Shown one piece after another: positions 32,491 to 50,054 of a stretch of 64,000 nucleotides of DNA. This stretch comes from the human T2T-CHM13v2.0 reference genome, Homo sapiens. The position numbers and the translations under genes were made by a program. Numbering within the stretch: the stretch's first letter is position 1; each line of letters starts with the position of its first letter. The DNA lies in NCBI RefSeq assembly GCF_009914755.1, contig NC_060933.1. One strand, given 5' to 3'. The notes under the pieces were generated by a model. That model saw nothing but the letters and a program-made list of their open reading frames with translations. It searched no databases and had not been told where the DNA came from.

Positions 32491-33635
32491 GAATGAGGGA
32501 GGGAATGAATGAATCAGTTAATGCTTGTTGAATACCTTCCATCTGCTCAGTGATGCACATCATCTTTATCATTTATTCAGTAATCATGCAGGCTATTTAC
32601 TAAGAACACACTGTGTTCTGGGCACTGTACTAGGCCTGTTATAGACATTATTTCTAATCCTCACAACAGCTACGCAAGCTGAGGTTGTTCACTTTGTTCC
32701 TCACAATTAACCTAAAGGCGATAGAGGCATTTCAGATCCTCCAATTTATAGATGGAGAAGCTGAGTCTGGGAGGAGGCTGGGATTTGAGCCCAGTCTGTC
32801 CCACCAAAGCCCATGCCTTCTCTCTGCACAGGTGGCCTCTCTGCCGGTGACAGAGACAGGAGTCATCCACATGGCGAGTTTTAACTCCTATGCAACAATG
32901 AGTTTCTTGGATGTGGTGTCCACTTATAATGGCATAACACCACCAAATGTCAGACCTAAAAGAACTTCCAATAAGGGGTTGAATTTTGATACCTTAACAG
33001 CAATGTGGAGAGATTGTCACGAAAGCTTTGTTCTCAGTGGGTGGTTGCTTAATCAGAGAGCTCTAGGAGGAGTCTTTTGCCCTCAGATGTTTATTTTTAA
33101 AACATGCTATTGTTTAGCCAGGCAACTGCTTCCTTTGGAGTGTTTTTGTAAAAAGTTCAGATGATTACTGCTTTGGCTGGGAGCCAACACCCTTGCTCAT
33201 CAGAGCCTTCTCCTGAGGTGAAAAAAGCAAATAAATGCTTTTACCTAAAATAAAGAGCTAGCAGGTGCCCCTGACTTCCAAGGACAACCGGGGATTTTAT
33301 CCCTGTTTCTAGGCCACAGCCGAGCCTCAAAACTGTCCCAGGTTCTAATGGATAACCCTGGGTTCACAGGGAACTGGAATCGTGCTCTTCTTTTTCTGCC
33401 CAATTCAGGTGCCACCTGTTCCATCAAGCCTCTCCTGCTCATCTCAATCTGGTGACAGTTCAGGCTCCTCTGAAAGCCCACAGTAACTGGTCTCCGCACC
33501 AGGGCTTCACAAAACATCTAGTTTTTAAACTGGATGGAGCAAATCCAGTTGTTAAAATTTCTGATCTGTTACAGATCAATAACCTTCGAAAACTATAGTT
33601 AGAGCAAATTACTAGAAAAGTTATATTAAAAATAG

Positions 33636-34036
<401 letters not shown>

Positions 34037-35080
34037 TAAACATTTTAAATACTCACTGTTGATTTCTGTGCAGATGCCATCACACCTGCTTAGTTCATTC
34101 TCATTTATCACCCCCTATAGGACAGCTTTCAACTCCCAGGAGAAACGAGTTCTGATAGTGAACTGTAAAGAGAGGGGGTCCTTCAGACCTCGCCAGCCAC
34201 CAAAGATGGCCTGAGAGCAAGAAACCCGGGGGTCCATTGAGAATAAAAACTCAGAACTAAAGGGCAAATGAGGTTTTACTTGTTTGGGACTAAGTTGGGC
34301 CTGATCTTCGACGTCAACGCCAGTTAAGAGTCTAATGCCTGGATTCTCATTCTCACAGTCAACATTCATTGCGCTAGACCACAAGTTCTCACCAAGACAA
34401 TATCGTCCCCAAGGCAGCAAAAGCTGTTTTTATTTGGTGGTGGTGAGTTGGGGGAGAAAATCTTACTCTTTTTATGTAAAAAAACACATGTATCATTTAC
34501 TATATAACCAGATATACAGTTTGCGGTTTTAGAATTTCAGAGGGGTGGTGATTAGGAAAACGGCTTTGGGGGGTGGTTTTGCACAACAACAACAACAATA
34601 AAACAAGGTTGAAAAAGACTGAGATGTTACATGTGTTCCCCTGTGGAGTCTTTTATGGCTGAAAAGTGTTCTCGTTGGCTGCCCTGGGAACCAAACTAAA
34701 CCACCATGTATAAGCGGTTTCTAAGGGGACTACCTGCTGAGGTCCAAGTTTCGGACCCAGAAATGGATCTTTGAAATGGGGTCATTTGTAAGCAGACGAT
34801 TACTTGCAAAAATGCAGCTCTTTCTGTCACGTGGAAAGCTTCAAGTACAAACATTCGTAGAGCACCTTATTTAAGGCACTGGGGGCCCAGTGAAGAATAA
34901 GCTTCAGGCCTTACAGCCATATGATCAGTGCAGTGATGGAACTACGTGCCAGGAGATTTGCGCGTAGCATCTTCCTTTCCCCTGCCCATGCTTGCAAGGC
35001 AAAGAGCTTTTCCTGAATTTGATAATGGAGTTAAGCTATAGTTTGTTCATTCGACATTGTCGAGCACCCACTAAATGCTA

Positions 35081-35455
<375 letters not shown>

Positions 35456-38379
35456 GTCTAGAATTTTGTAGCACATGGATAGAGCCAATATGGAATAGTG
35501 GTTAAGAATATGGCCTTTGAGGTAAAATGTAGATTGAGATCCCAGCTCTACCACTCACCTTACCAGCTTTATGATCGTATGGTACTTAGCCTTTCTGAGC
35601 TATAGTTTTGTCCTCTGTAAAATGGGGGTAATAATGCCCGCCTCCTTGGGTTGTAATGAGAATTAAAGATGATGCATTAACATGCAGTCAATATAGTGTT
35701 TATTGTCATCATTATTATTTGTATTATGATTATCATCCTCATCATTATTGACATTACTCGCAGATGGGGTGTTTACAACCATCCAGACAGATATTTTATG
35801 GTCATTAAGTTCTGTAATGTTCCTATTTATAGAGGTTTTCAAAGATTAGGCTGTTTCCCTGTATCTGTTCTCTCCCTCTATGGTGGTCACCACCCTTATC
35901 CCCAACAATGCATTATAAATCATCCAACAGCCTGGACTTGGGGGCCAGCTCTGCCCCCATGTTGATGACTAGAGAGGTAGAGGGTAACTATAGAGTGGTA
36001 ACTATACAGAGGTAGAGGTAACTATACAGTGTAGAGAAGTATAATCGTTGATTTGTGTAAATATCTGATATATCCGGGAAATTGGTAGGATGGAGGTGGA
36101 TTAGAGGAATGGGAAACAAAGACCCGTGCTGAAAGTTACTACAAGATAGTTGCTGTGCTCCAGGACAGAGGGGAAATTGGATGACTACTTGGGGATGTAT
36201 TTGTTTAAGATATTTTCACCAAGATCTCATTATTATCAAGCCTTTTATTGCCAGCTGAGTCCTGGAGTACAAGCAGAGGCACCAGCCCATGGCCAAATCA
36301 TTAAGACAAATTAAGACATATTAACATATGCTGGGAACAATTATCCACATAGATTTAATTTGTTTCACTGCTGGAAGAAAATCCTGAGAGAGTACCAAAC
36401 ACATCCCCGAGAACAGCTCTGTAACTACTCTGTGACTCTCACTTGTCAGCACTTCAGGGGCTGGAATCTGCTTAAACTGGACATCTACCAAAGAAGGACG
36501 ACATATCTGAAAATAGATCCCATATTAGGGCTACAGATGAGTTACTTGGAGTCTGTTAAGGTGGTGATTCTTTTTGTTTCTTTTTAACCTATGCATCTTA
36601 GAAATAATTATTACAGTTATCAAAACAATATACCAAGCTCTAAAATGAAACAGGCACATATTTTATAATCATATAATATACTTAGCAAGCTTACATATTT
36701 GTATTATGATTTGCTCTTTCTTTAAGAGACCTAAACTAAATATGAGATAGTGAACTTGTTTCTGAATTTTGGCCTTCAATCTCTCTTGACTTTTTTGTTG
36801 TTGCTGTTGTCCCTTGCCTAATTGTTATCTTTCATTGTCTTACTGGGAGGAAAAGAAAGACTCTTCAACACAGCAAACTGCATTTTTCTCAAATCGAATA
36901 GAATCTATCATCAAGATTATTCTAGAATGTGACTATTGCAGTATGCCCATTATATGGCAATTGCACAATCTTTTCTCAGTGGTTGATGAATGGCGCCTTA
37001 ACAACATCCTGGGGTAGCTGCTACAGAGGCCAGAGCACCTTCTCTCAAAATATTAACTTCCAAAGGAGCAATCAACAGCCAGAGAAATGGTGTGTTTAGA
37101 GTGAGAAATGACTTGTTCTGTCATCATAATGGTGATCACTTCCTTGCAGATTTTCTTCCTGTACATCAAATATGTATGATTATATATGAGAAGCATAAAC
37201 CCCCAGTCACTTAAAAAAAATGGATAGGCCTTTTAGTGTGGGAAATGAACATAAAAGTTACCTATGCATGCTGATAGCCATACAGGTTTACTGCCTTTCC
37301 CTTGGGGTTGCCTTGTGACAACCTCTTCCTTTTTCCTGCTACCCTGTACCTTAGGCTTTGCAAATGGTTATGGGACAACTCATGCGTGTTGAATATGCAA
37401 AATCATTTTCTATAATGCTCCTTTGACTCAAAATATGACCCTCATTTTGGAAATCAGGCTTGGTAGTGTCTGAAACCTCCAATGACAGCTTGCCGAAAGA
37501 TGATTCAGTTGTTTCTCAACTTGGCCCATTCCCCACGTCCAAGTCCAATTGGAGAACGGCTTTTGACTCCGTTTATATGAGCATCTTTGATAGAGAGCAA
37601 AGGTTTCTGGCAAGGCGGGATGCCTGCCTTCCACCTCTAATCCAGCTGTCCTTGACACTCCAGACAGCCCTTTCAAATCTGGGCAACACTTAGTCATCTT
37701 ACTGGTAGCCAAGGACCATTTGAAGTGAGATCTAACAATATGATCGTAAGTCTCTGACATTACCTGTGCCCTGGGAAATTATTTATTAATATCTTTCCTT
37801 TTTCAAATAGAAATTTTAAGATGTCTCACAATAAAAGCTATACACAATAAGGTTGTTTACACAGAAGCAATTTGAAAATCATGAAAAGAGGAAGGAAACA
37901 CACTAACCAGAATGGATAATGACATTACTGTGAATGTGGCCCCGGGACCATTTAAAGATCCAGCAATAAGTGGATCATTAAATACATTCTGGTACAGCCA
38001 CATGACAGATTACTGAGCCATTAAAATTATCCTCAGGGTGAGTTTGTAACAATGTGGGAAAATGCTTACAACTATAATATTAAGAAGAAGAGAGAGGGTT
38101 AGAAACTATAAAATTCTCCCAGCTGTTTACAAAAAATTGAGAAAAATATTAGAAGAAAATCACCAGAATATTAACTTGGTTGATGAGATGATGTGATTTT
38201 TGTTGTCATCTTTACCTTTTCTCCTTTTTCAGATAGTTGTAATGAATATATATTACTTTTATAATTGTATATAAACATTATTTTTTCCAGTTAAGCCTAA
38301 GCTTCCTGACAGAAAAGGCAGAAAGGAAAACTATCATGAGTTACATGATTCTCAAGTGTTAAAAAAAAAAAAAATCTCA

Positions 38380-39032
<653 letters not shown>

Positions 39033-39113
39033 TCACAACCTGAGGATTAAATCGCGGGTCCTGGAAACCTGTCTTTTAAAATTAATGTAATTTGATTTCT
39101 GTCTCCCCTTCAG

Positions 39114-39206
39114 GTGTTGCTGCACTGGATTCCAACGTATCCGGAAAAATTGGTCTGCGCGCTGTCGTGTATTATTTCTGTACCACTCTCATTGCTGTTA
39201 TTCTAG
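39114..39206 (+). CDS. SLC1A1: SLC1A1 exon 3 (93 nt, phase 1-1)
   Basis: ccccttcag|GTGTT...TCTAG|gtaata; encodes [30 protein letters not shown]. Confidence 0.97.
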   Translation: MLLHWIPTYPEKLVCALSCIISVPLSLLLF

Positions 39207-39274
39207 GTAATACTTATTTCTGAATCCTTACTACTTTATGTAATGGTGATTTTTTCATTCGAAAAGTAGTTGGT

Positions 39275-40045
<771 letters not shown>

Positions 40046-40302
40046 TAATTCTTAAAGTGGATGATTGGTCTATAATAGTGGAGTTGAGTATAATTATAAA
40101 ATATTTCCAGAAATATAGCATTTTAGTGCATTTCACGTAGTAACAAGAGCTAACAGCTAATAGATCCTTGTTAAGGATAAATCCCACTTGTAAGAGGGAG
40201 AAAATTCTAATAAGGGAGGAGCTGCTCTTATACCCTTAGCATAGTTTTTTGAAGAATGCTTGGTCTTTGTAACCCTGAGTGACATTTTAAGAAGAATGCC
40301 CA

Positions 40303-40821
40303 ATTCCCACCTATGAGTGAGAATATGTGGTGTTTGGTTTTTTGTTCTTGCAATAGTTTACTGAGAATGATGATTTCCAATTTCAACCATGTCCCTACAA
40401 AGGACATGAACTCATCATTTTTATGGCTGCATAGTATTCCATGGTGTATATGTGCCACATTTTCTTAATCCAGTCTATCATTGTTGGACATTTGGGTTGG
40501 TTCCAAGTCTTTGCTATTGTGAATAATGCCGCAATAAACATACGTGTGCATGTGTCTTTATAGCAGCATGATTTATAGTCCTTTAGATCACATGGACACA
40601 GGAAGGGGAACATCACACTCTGGGGACTGTTGTGGGGTGGGGGGAGGGGAGAGGGATAGCATTGGGAGATATACCTAATGCTAGATGATGAGTTAGTGGG
40701 TGCAGCGCACCAGCATGGCACATGTATACATATGTAACTAACCTGCACAATGTGCACATATACCCTAAAACTTAAAGTATAATAATAAAAGAAAAAAAAA
40801 GAGAGAGAGAGAAAAAAAAAA
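40303..40821 (+). mobile_element. 5'-truncated, 5'-inverted (twin-primed) L1PA2
   Basis: Inverted segment 40303-40584, sense segment from 40585 to poly(A). 14-bp TSD AAGAAGAATGCCCA (40289-40302 and 40822-40835). GATCACATGG, CATTGGGAG and GAG (not ACA/ACG) diagnostics. Confidence 0.9.
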
Positions 40822-41751
40822 AAGAAGAATGCCCAGAGGGGGAAGACAGAAGGAGCATATACTCAGATGTGGCAGCAGCTCGGCCCTTGTAGCCCTGCTT
40901 CAATGAGCTGATAAGAAGGGGTGGGATGTGGTGAGGCTTTAGTGGTATTAGGCCAAGGGACCCAGGAGGGCTTGAACTGTACCATAAAACAAAACCACAT
41001 CATCTCATGAGTTTCCTGAGGAAGACAGACACAGAGAAAAAATAGCAATGAGAATCAAGATACTGCTCTCTTATTAGCTGGAGGCGTATAGCCCTTCTAC
41101 AACCCTGAGAGAGGAAAAGAGTGGGCCATGCCCAGTCATGGCCCCTTATTGCCCAGGAGTTCCTCCCATTAGCAAAATGGACCCATTCAGCATCCCAGAG
41201 CCCTACCCCCTGGATTACCATTGCCTCTTCTTGAGGGAGGAGCAATAAAGAGCATGAGGACCTTTTTCTTCTTCACTTCCCTCCAGTCAAACACCCTCCA
41301 ATGTCTTGGTCTCTTCTACAGCCTCCCATCTTGGCTTGGATACTCAAGTGACAGGAACCCATTACTTCCCAAGGCCACAATGATGCTGTCAGATGCTCTG
41401 CCATGTAGACAGTTCTTCCTTACAGAGAGATGAACCTTCTCTCCCTATAAATCCCATCTATTTGTCCTCATTCCACCCCCGGAACAGCATTTTCCTACAT
41501 GACTGCTTTCTAGATACTTGAAGACCTACGGTATGGAAGGAAGGCAAGGCTTGTTTTGTATGATCCTCAGGAGAATAACCAGCATCTGGGTAAAAGTTGC
41601 AGAAAGACATCAGATGCATTCTCTGGGCTAGAAAATGGATCATCCTTACCCTAACACCTTCCTAGGCTGGTCTCATAAGTTCAAGAAAAAGAATATTCTC
41701 ATCAGCAGGTGTTTCCAGAAGCAATTCTGGGATGCAGCCCCTTCATTTAAA

Positions 41752-41797
41752 ACACACATACACACACACACAGACGCACACGCACGCACGCAAGCAC
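41752..41797 (+). repeat. Imperfect (CA)n/(CACG)n tract
   Basis: Mostly alternating purine-pyrimidine sequence about 210 nt upstream of exon 4. Confidence 0.8.
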
Positions 41798-41941
41798 ATG
41801 GAGTTCTTTCTGCTTACTCATTTAAATGGAAGAGTAATTAAGGTGGCTGCTGAGGTTCCAGAGGAGGCTCAGCATTTTGGCTGGACCTCAGGGTCCTCCC
41901 CATCACACTATTGCCTGGTACAACCATGCCCATTGTTCTAA

Positions 41942-42124
<183 letters not shown>

Positions 42125-43005
42125 TGAGTGTTTTGCCACAAGGTGGCTTCAAGGGCATGCGGATAGCAGCACAAGGCCTTGTATGTGGTTTAATATTCTG
42201 CTGTTACTGTATTGAAATTTTTAATAACTTTTGAATTATTGTGCACTTTCATTTTGCCCAGGAACCCACAAATTACATAGCCAGTACTGTTTGCCAAGTC
42301 TTGGTTCCAAGAGGGAAGGGAAGAAACAGGCTTCCGCATCAGGATTTAGGATGAACAGAGATGCAGCTACATGTTCCAGAGAGATGCTGGGATGGATTGG
42401 TAGTCAGTTCTGAAGCGCACTTAGAAAAATACATCTTTTAATTGTACAGGAGAAACTCTCTTATCTAAAGCAACCAGAGGGGTAAATAGGTCAGTCAATA
42501 AAAAATACCAGTTAAAGCAGAGACTCATAAAAAAAGACATAAGATACACATTACAATTTTGTTTTCACTTAAAACTTAGTGCATTTATTCACCAATTGTT
42601 TGACATAAAGCTAAGGTCTTTTCTTCAAGTTTGTTAGCTCATGGTAATTTCTTACGGGTTCTGTTGCATATACAGCCCTTATAAATATATCATCTGCAAT
42701 TTCCAGGTAAAGTTTCTATAGAACAGAGCACCAAAACTTTTAGACATTGCAAAGAAAGCTAAGTGCAAATCTTTCCAGTTTTTCTTTTTAATTTCAATAA
42801 TCTTCCCATACCTAATCTAACCATAAAAATTTTAGTCACTGGCCTTTATTGAGTTTCCAGGTATGTGGCTTAGATTTTATAGAAACCATACCTTCTTTTT
42901 ATGCTCATATTTCACTGGTTTACATAATATGAAATGCAGTAATTATGATGATATTTGCAACTGGTATAAAGAATTTGGGAACAAATAAAATGAACCCTTG
43001 GTAAG

Positions 43006-43376
43006 TGTATTAGTCCATTTTCACACTGCTATAAAGAACTACCTGGGACTGGGTAATTTATAACGGGAAGAGGCTTAATTAAGTCACAGTTCCTCACGGC
43101 TGGGGAGGCCTCAAGAAACTTACAATCATGGCAGAAGGCAAAGGGGAAGCAAGGCACATCTTACATGGCTGCAGGAGAGAGAGCAAGGGCGAAGGGAGAA
43201 GTGCCACACACTTTCTAACAACCAGATCTTGTGAGAACTCACTCATGATCATGAGAATAGCATGGGAGAAACCACCCCCCATGATCCAATCACCTCCCAC
43301 AAGGCCCCTCCCCTGACATGTGGGGATTACAATTTGACATGAGATTTGGGTGGGGACACAGAGCCAAACCATATCA
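43006..43376 (-). mobile_element. MaLR solo LTR, MSTA-like
   Basis: TGTATTAGTCC...CCAAACCATATCA termini, TSD GTAAG (43001-43005 and 43377-43381). Confidence 0.87.
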
Positions 43377-43711
43377 GTAAGCATACAACCTCATTGATGA
43401 AAACAGAAGTGTTCAGAATATTAAAGAATAAATAGTCTCTTGACTGTGAGTGTCCATTTCACCAAGGAGCGTAAGCATGTCAGTTACTCAGTGAATCAAT
43501 TAAGTGATGGTTGATTACAGAGCTTTCTATACTTGGGTGAAGCTCAGCAGGAAAAAAGAAATCTCAATACAAGGAAGTATTACGCAAAGCAGGGGCCAGA
43601 AGAGAAACCAGAGTACTAGTTTTATGTTATACTAATTTCTACCAATATATTAGGTATGACAAAACAATACTTTTTGCCCTAACATAATACTGCCTTTTAT
43701 GTCTCCAACAG

Positions 43712-43754
43712 GAATATGTTCCCTGAGAATCTTGTCCAGGCCTGTTTTCAGCAG
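43712..43754 (+). CDS. SLC1A1: SLC1A1 exon 5 (43 nt)
   Basis: ctccaacag|GAATATG...CAGCAG|gtaata; encodes NMFPENLVQACFQQ. Confidence 0.96.
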
Positions 43755-44229
43755 GTAATATTAATTACTTGTGCCCTTAACTTGCTACCCTCTTCCCATT
43801 ATCAATTAAAAATGTTTTTTTCTGCTGTGACTCAAGAAATGGAATTAGCCCCGTGAAAATGGCAGCAGGAAGTAAACCTGTGACTGGCCAAGTTTAAGGT
43901 GATGTCTCTGTTTTGTATGCAGCCTTTCTGGCTCACAGTAAGGTGCATGTCACAATTTACACTGCTTCCTTTTCCTTTATGCTTTTTCCCCCAAAAAGGC
44001 TCAAATGGTACAAATCAGAAATCTGTCAAATAATGAGTATTTTAAAATGTGGCCTCCAGTACCTATTTTTGGAGAACCATAGTATATTTGTACTGAAGTT
44101 TAAACTTTCTGCAGAAAAAAGGTAGCTCTCTATCTCCTCTTTGCTTTTCCTCTGGTATTAGAACCCAGGATCTAACCCTCATGGTGTGGTCCACATCTGG
44201 GTTCAGTCTTCTCCTTAATCATTGTGTCC

Positions 44230-44378
44230 CAGAGAGGCGTGGAAGCTCACACCTGTAATCCCAGCACTTTGGGAGGCCAAGGTGGGCAGATCCCTTGAGC
44301 TCAGGAGTTCCAGACTAGCCTGGGCAACATGGCAAGACCATGTCTCTAAAAAGAAATAATTTAAAAAAAAATATAAAA
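44230..44378 (+). mobile_element. FLAM/Alu monomer
   Basis: CACACCTGTAATCCCAGCACTTTGGGAGG...AGACCATGTCTCT plus tail. Confidence 0.75.
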
Positions 44379-45270
44379 AATCGTTGTATCCCCATTGCTG
44401 GAGCTCTACAATGCAGTGTAACAAAGCCATGATTTTTTTTTCTGTAGGAAAATTGAACAATCTCTTCACTCCATTTACTTCAAGCCTTTCCCTCCTATTT
44501 ATCTATGTGCTTTAAGACAGCTGAGTCCATCACAAACTGCTGTATTCATTCACATAAGTTACATGAACACAGACTTCTGTGTATACCAACAAAAATGGCA
44601 ACTCTGTTGCTCTCTGCCGGCCTCCACGAGGGACAGAACCTCCTCTATTACAGGGGGCCTTTGCAGATCAGTCACAGTGGTTGTTTGTAAGGTTCTCAGT
44701 GTTGGCAGAGCCTGGTAGTGGGGGACATTTATGCCTGGTGTAATAATATACTCACTCTTTCTTAAATCCCCATGTGGAAGCTCCACAGAACCAAACAGGG
44801 CTGAAAGAAGAGAATTCAACTGCAGTCTCACTCACTGAATAGCCCCAAGGGGACTGTTGATTTTGGAACAACCATATCGTTAAACCTTTCTTGATGCTTA
44901 TTAAAGTTGTAGTGATGTTATCAAAGTAATGAAGTGTGTTTGCTCAGATTAAAAATCATTTATTAATTAATAAAAACAAAAATGATTGACAGGAATCCTT
45001 ACAGAGTCTGTCTCTGACAGCACCTGCAGATCAAGCCTGTACTTTCTTTTGTATTATTCTTCTATCAACTTGTCGTTTATTGTGAAAGTGAAGGAACATT
45101 TTGACATAATTGAATGGTGATCGTGGGAGTCAGGGGTTTAAATTTCTGCCTCGCTTTTAGTTCCAAAACCTGATGGGAGGTACCGTTGACAACTGGAGCC
45201 AACAGAGGCATTGGATGTAGATCCCTTCAGTGGCACTGTTTGGCCAAAATAACATGTTCCTGTGATTTAG

Positions 45271-45483
<213 letters not shown>

Positions 45484-45500
45484 TGACTGAGCAGGAAATA

Positions 45501-46736
<1,236 letters not shown>

Positions 46737-46842
46737 CAAAGAGCAAAAAAAGAGCCCTGTTGCCTCTACCTCTCTGGGTCTGCTTACAGTAGAGCTGGCC
46801 ATCTCTAGAAACTGCTATAGATTTGTCAGGTACATAAGCATG

Positions 46843-47194
46843 CAATGCAGGCCCACAATTCCTAGTCTGAATCTCTCTGCCCAGATGTAATTCAGAGTTC
46901 AGAGTTTCTCAGACTTTAGAAAGGCCATGTGGTGTATATACTGCATATTATGCAACCTTTATAAGTGGGATGGGCAACAACATGCCAGAATCAACCACAT
47001 CAATGTTTTTATAACAAACTCATAAATATTCTGCCAAGGAGAGAAATGGACCCTTAGTAGCCAGTAGCCTCATCTCAGTTTAGGATGGGATTTGCTGCCA
47101 AAAGAGTTTGCTATAAACTTATCAATAAAATCAACATGCTTTGAGAGCTTTTGGGATTTCAGAATTGGAGATCAGAATGTGTGGGCCTGCATTG
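46843..47194. mobile_element. MITE-like DNA transposon fossil (TcMar/Tigger-type, family not assigned)
   Basis: 15-bp perfect terminal inverted repeat CAATGCAGGCCCACA / TGTGGGCCTGCATTG. Confidence 0.6.
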
Positions 47195-48043
47195 GTACCT
47201 CTGTAAGCCTGTAGCAGATTTCTCCCGAATGTTCTCTCAACTTCACACAGGAAGGAATGATTTAAGGAGAAAAGGAGTGTTCATTAGACTTAAGAATTCA
47301 AATTAAATAAACCACCGTTGGCTCCCTGCTTCCTACTGCAGAAAGCCTTAACTCCTCTGGCTGAGTTCAGAGGCCCTGCATGACCTGGCTTCTCTCTAGT
47401 TTTCACAGCTTACTTCCAGTGGGCACCTCTCTTCTTTCCAGATTCACCTCCTCCATCACTCCTTATTCCTGCCTTTTGATGTTGTTCCACAAATACTTTC
47501 TGAGCACCCTCTATACCCCAGGCCCTGCTGGGCATTGGGATTATAATGGTGAAAAGACAGATGCCAGGCCTCTGTCCTCACACAAAGAATGATGAGTATT
47601 ATAATCAGGAAGAATGGGATGTTTGGGAGGCATTCAGCAAGGGATGTTAAATTAGTCTGGAGGCCATAATGAATGAGCAAGAATTATTCAAGCAGGGTGC
47701 AAAGGCCCAGTGCATGATCGTTTTTGCCTTTGCTTGCCATCTTTCTGAAACATGCTTTTTCTCCTGGCTGCTGATTCCTCAGCCCTAGCTTTCCCTAACC
47801 TTGAAACCCACATTCATGTCCCACTCTTCATATGACGCTTGTATCTCATAGTTTGGGCGCACAATTAATTACATACCTTCCTGCTATTATTGGCTCATGC
47901 TTCTCACAGTCAGTCTTGTCTCTCCAGCTGAATCTTAAGACCTTATGCTATAGCCAGTGCAGTAATACTCTAGCTTTTCCCTAAATATATGTTTGATCAT
48001 AAGTAAGAAATGACTGGTAGCCCAGTGGGTCCTCAACATAATT

Positions 48044-48335
48044 TTTTTTTTTTTGAGATGGAGTCTGACTCTATCGCCCAGGCTGGAGTGCAGTGGCGTG
48101 ACCTTGGCTCACTGCAGCCTCCGCCTCCTGGGTTCAAGCAATTTTCTGCCTCAGCCTCCCAAGCAGCTGGGATTACAGGCACGTGCCACAATGCCTGGCT
48201 AATTTTTGTATTTTTAGTAGAGACGGGGTTTCACCATGTTGGCCAGGCTGGTCTTGAACTCCTAACATCAGGTGATCCACCTGCCTCAGCCTCCCAAAAT
48301 GCTGGGATTACAGGTGTGAGCCACCGCACCCAGCT
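48044..48335 (-). mobile_element. AluSx-like
   Basis: Antisense dimer, TSD AACATAATT. Confidence 0.88.
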
Positions 48336-48419
48336 AACATAATTCTTTATAAACATAGTTGGCACCACTCAGTTATCTCTCTGTAAATCTCAGGCTATTT
48401 TTACCCAGGATAAAGTGAA

Positions 48420-48594
48420 GAAATTAAGCCAGGCATGGTGGCATGCCCCCGTAGACCCAGCTACTTGGGAGGCTGAGGTGAGAGGATCACTTGAGCCCTC
48501 CTTTGAGGAGTTTGAGGCTGCAGTGAGCTATGATCATGCCACTGCACCCCAGCCTGGACAACATGAGACCCTGTCTGTTTAAAAAAAAAAAAAA
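48420..48594 (+). mobile_element. Alu right monomer (FRAM/AluJ)
   Basis: AAATTAAGCCAGGCATGGTGG...GAGACCCTGTCT plus poly(A). Confidence 0.75.
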
Positions 48595-48652
48595 GGTAAA
48601 AACATGATTCACAGTAGTAGGTATTTGGCTAATTTTTATATGTCTAAAATCC

Positions 48653-49040
48653 TACCAATGATAGACTGGATAAAGAAAATGTGTACATATATACCATGGA
48701 ATGCTATGCTGCCATTTAAAAAGAACAAGATCATGTCCTTTGTAAGGGACACGGATGGAGCTAGAGGCCATTATCCTTAGCCAACTAACACAGGAACAGA
48801 AAACCAAATACTGCCTGTTCTTTCTTATAAGTGGGAGCTAAATGATGAGAACACATGGACACATAGAGGGGAACAACACACACTGGGGCCTATCAGAGGG
48901 TAGAGGGTGGGAGGAGGGAGAGGATCAGGAAAAATAATTAATGGATACTAGGCTTAATACCTGGGTGATAAAATAATCTATACAACAAACCCCATGACAC
49001 CCTGTACATCCTGCACCACATGTACCCCTGAATGTAAAAG
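48653..49040 (+). mobile_element. Older L1PA/L1PB 3' end
   Basis: AATGATAGACTGGATAAAGAAAATGTG...GGGAGGAGGGAGAGGATCAGGAAAAATAA...ACAAACCCCATGACAC. Confidence 0.8.
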
Positions 49041-49048
49041 TTTTTTTA

Positions 49049-49409
<361 letters not shown>

Positions 49410-49820
49410 TTACTGTGCTTCATTATCAGGGTAAAACAGAAGGTAAAATGTCCTAAAAGTGTTCACACTGGTAAGTATTCTGTACTTCCTGCATTATTAA
49501 TTCCTGTGTTTTTTTAAGCAGACTCCAAATGTAGCTAGCAGTTAAAATGACCCTGAAAAGTGCCTTCAATCTAAAATTCATAATAAAAATATAAACCATT
49601 CCAGAATAAGAAATCTTTATAAGAAATATTCAAATATGGACTTGTTGAAAGAAGAGAAAGCATTTTAACTTCGGGGAGCAAGGGTAAAGTTTGTTACATG
49701 CATAGGTGTTTTTATTATTGTTTTTATATTTTCTATAGTTTTGTTGACTCTGCCTGGGAGATCACCAGTTTATTATGTTTGGTCATTGTATCTTCTCATT
49801 TCTGGACCTGTGCTTTCTAA

Positions 49821-50054
<234 letters not shown>

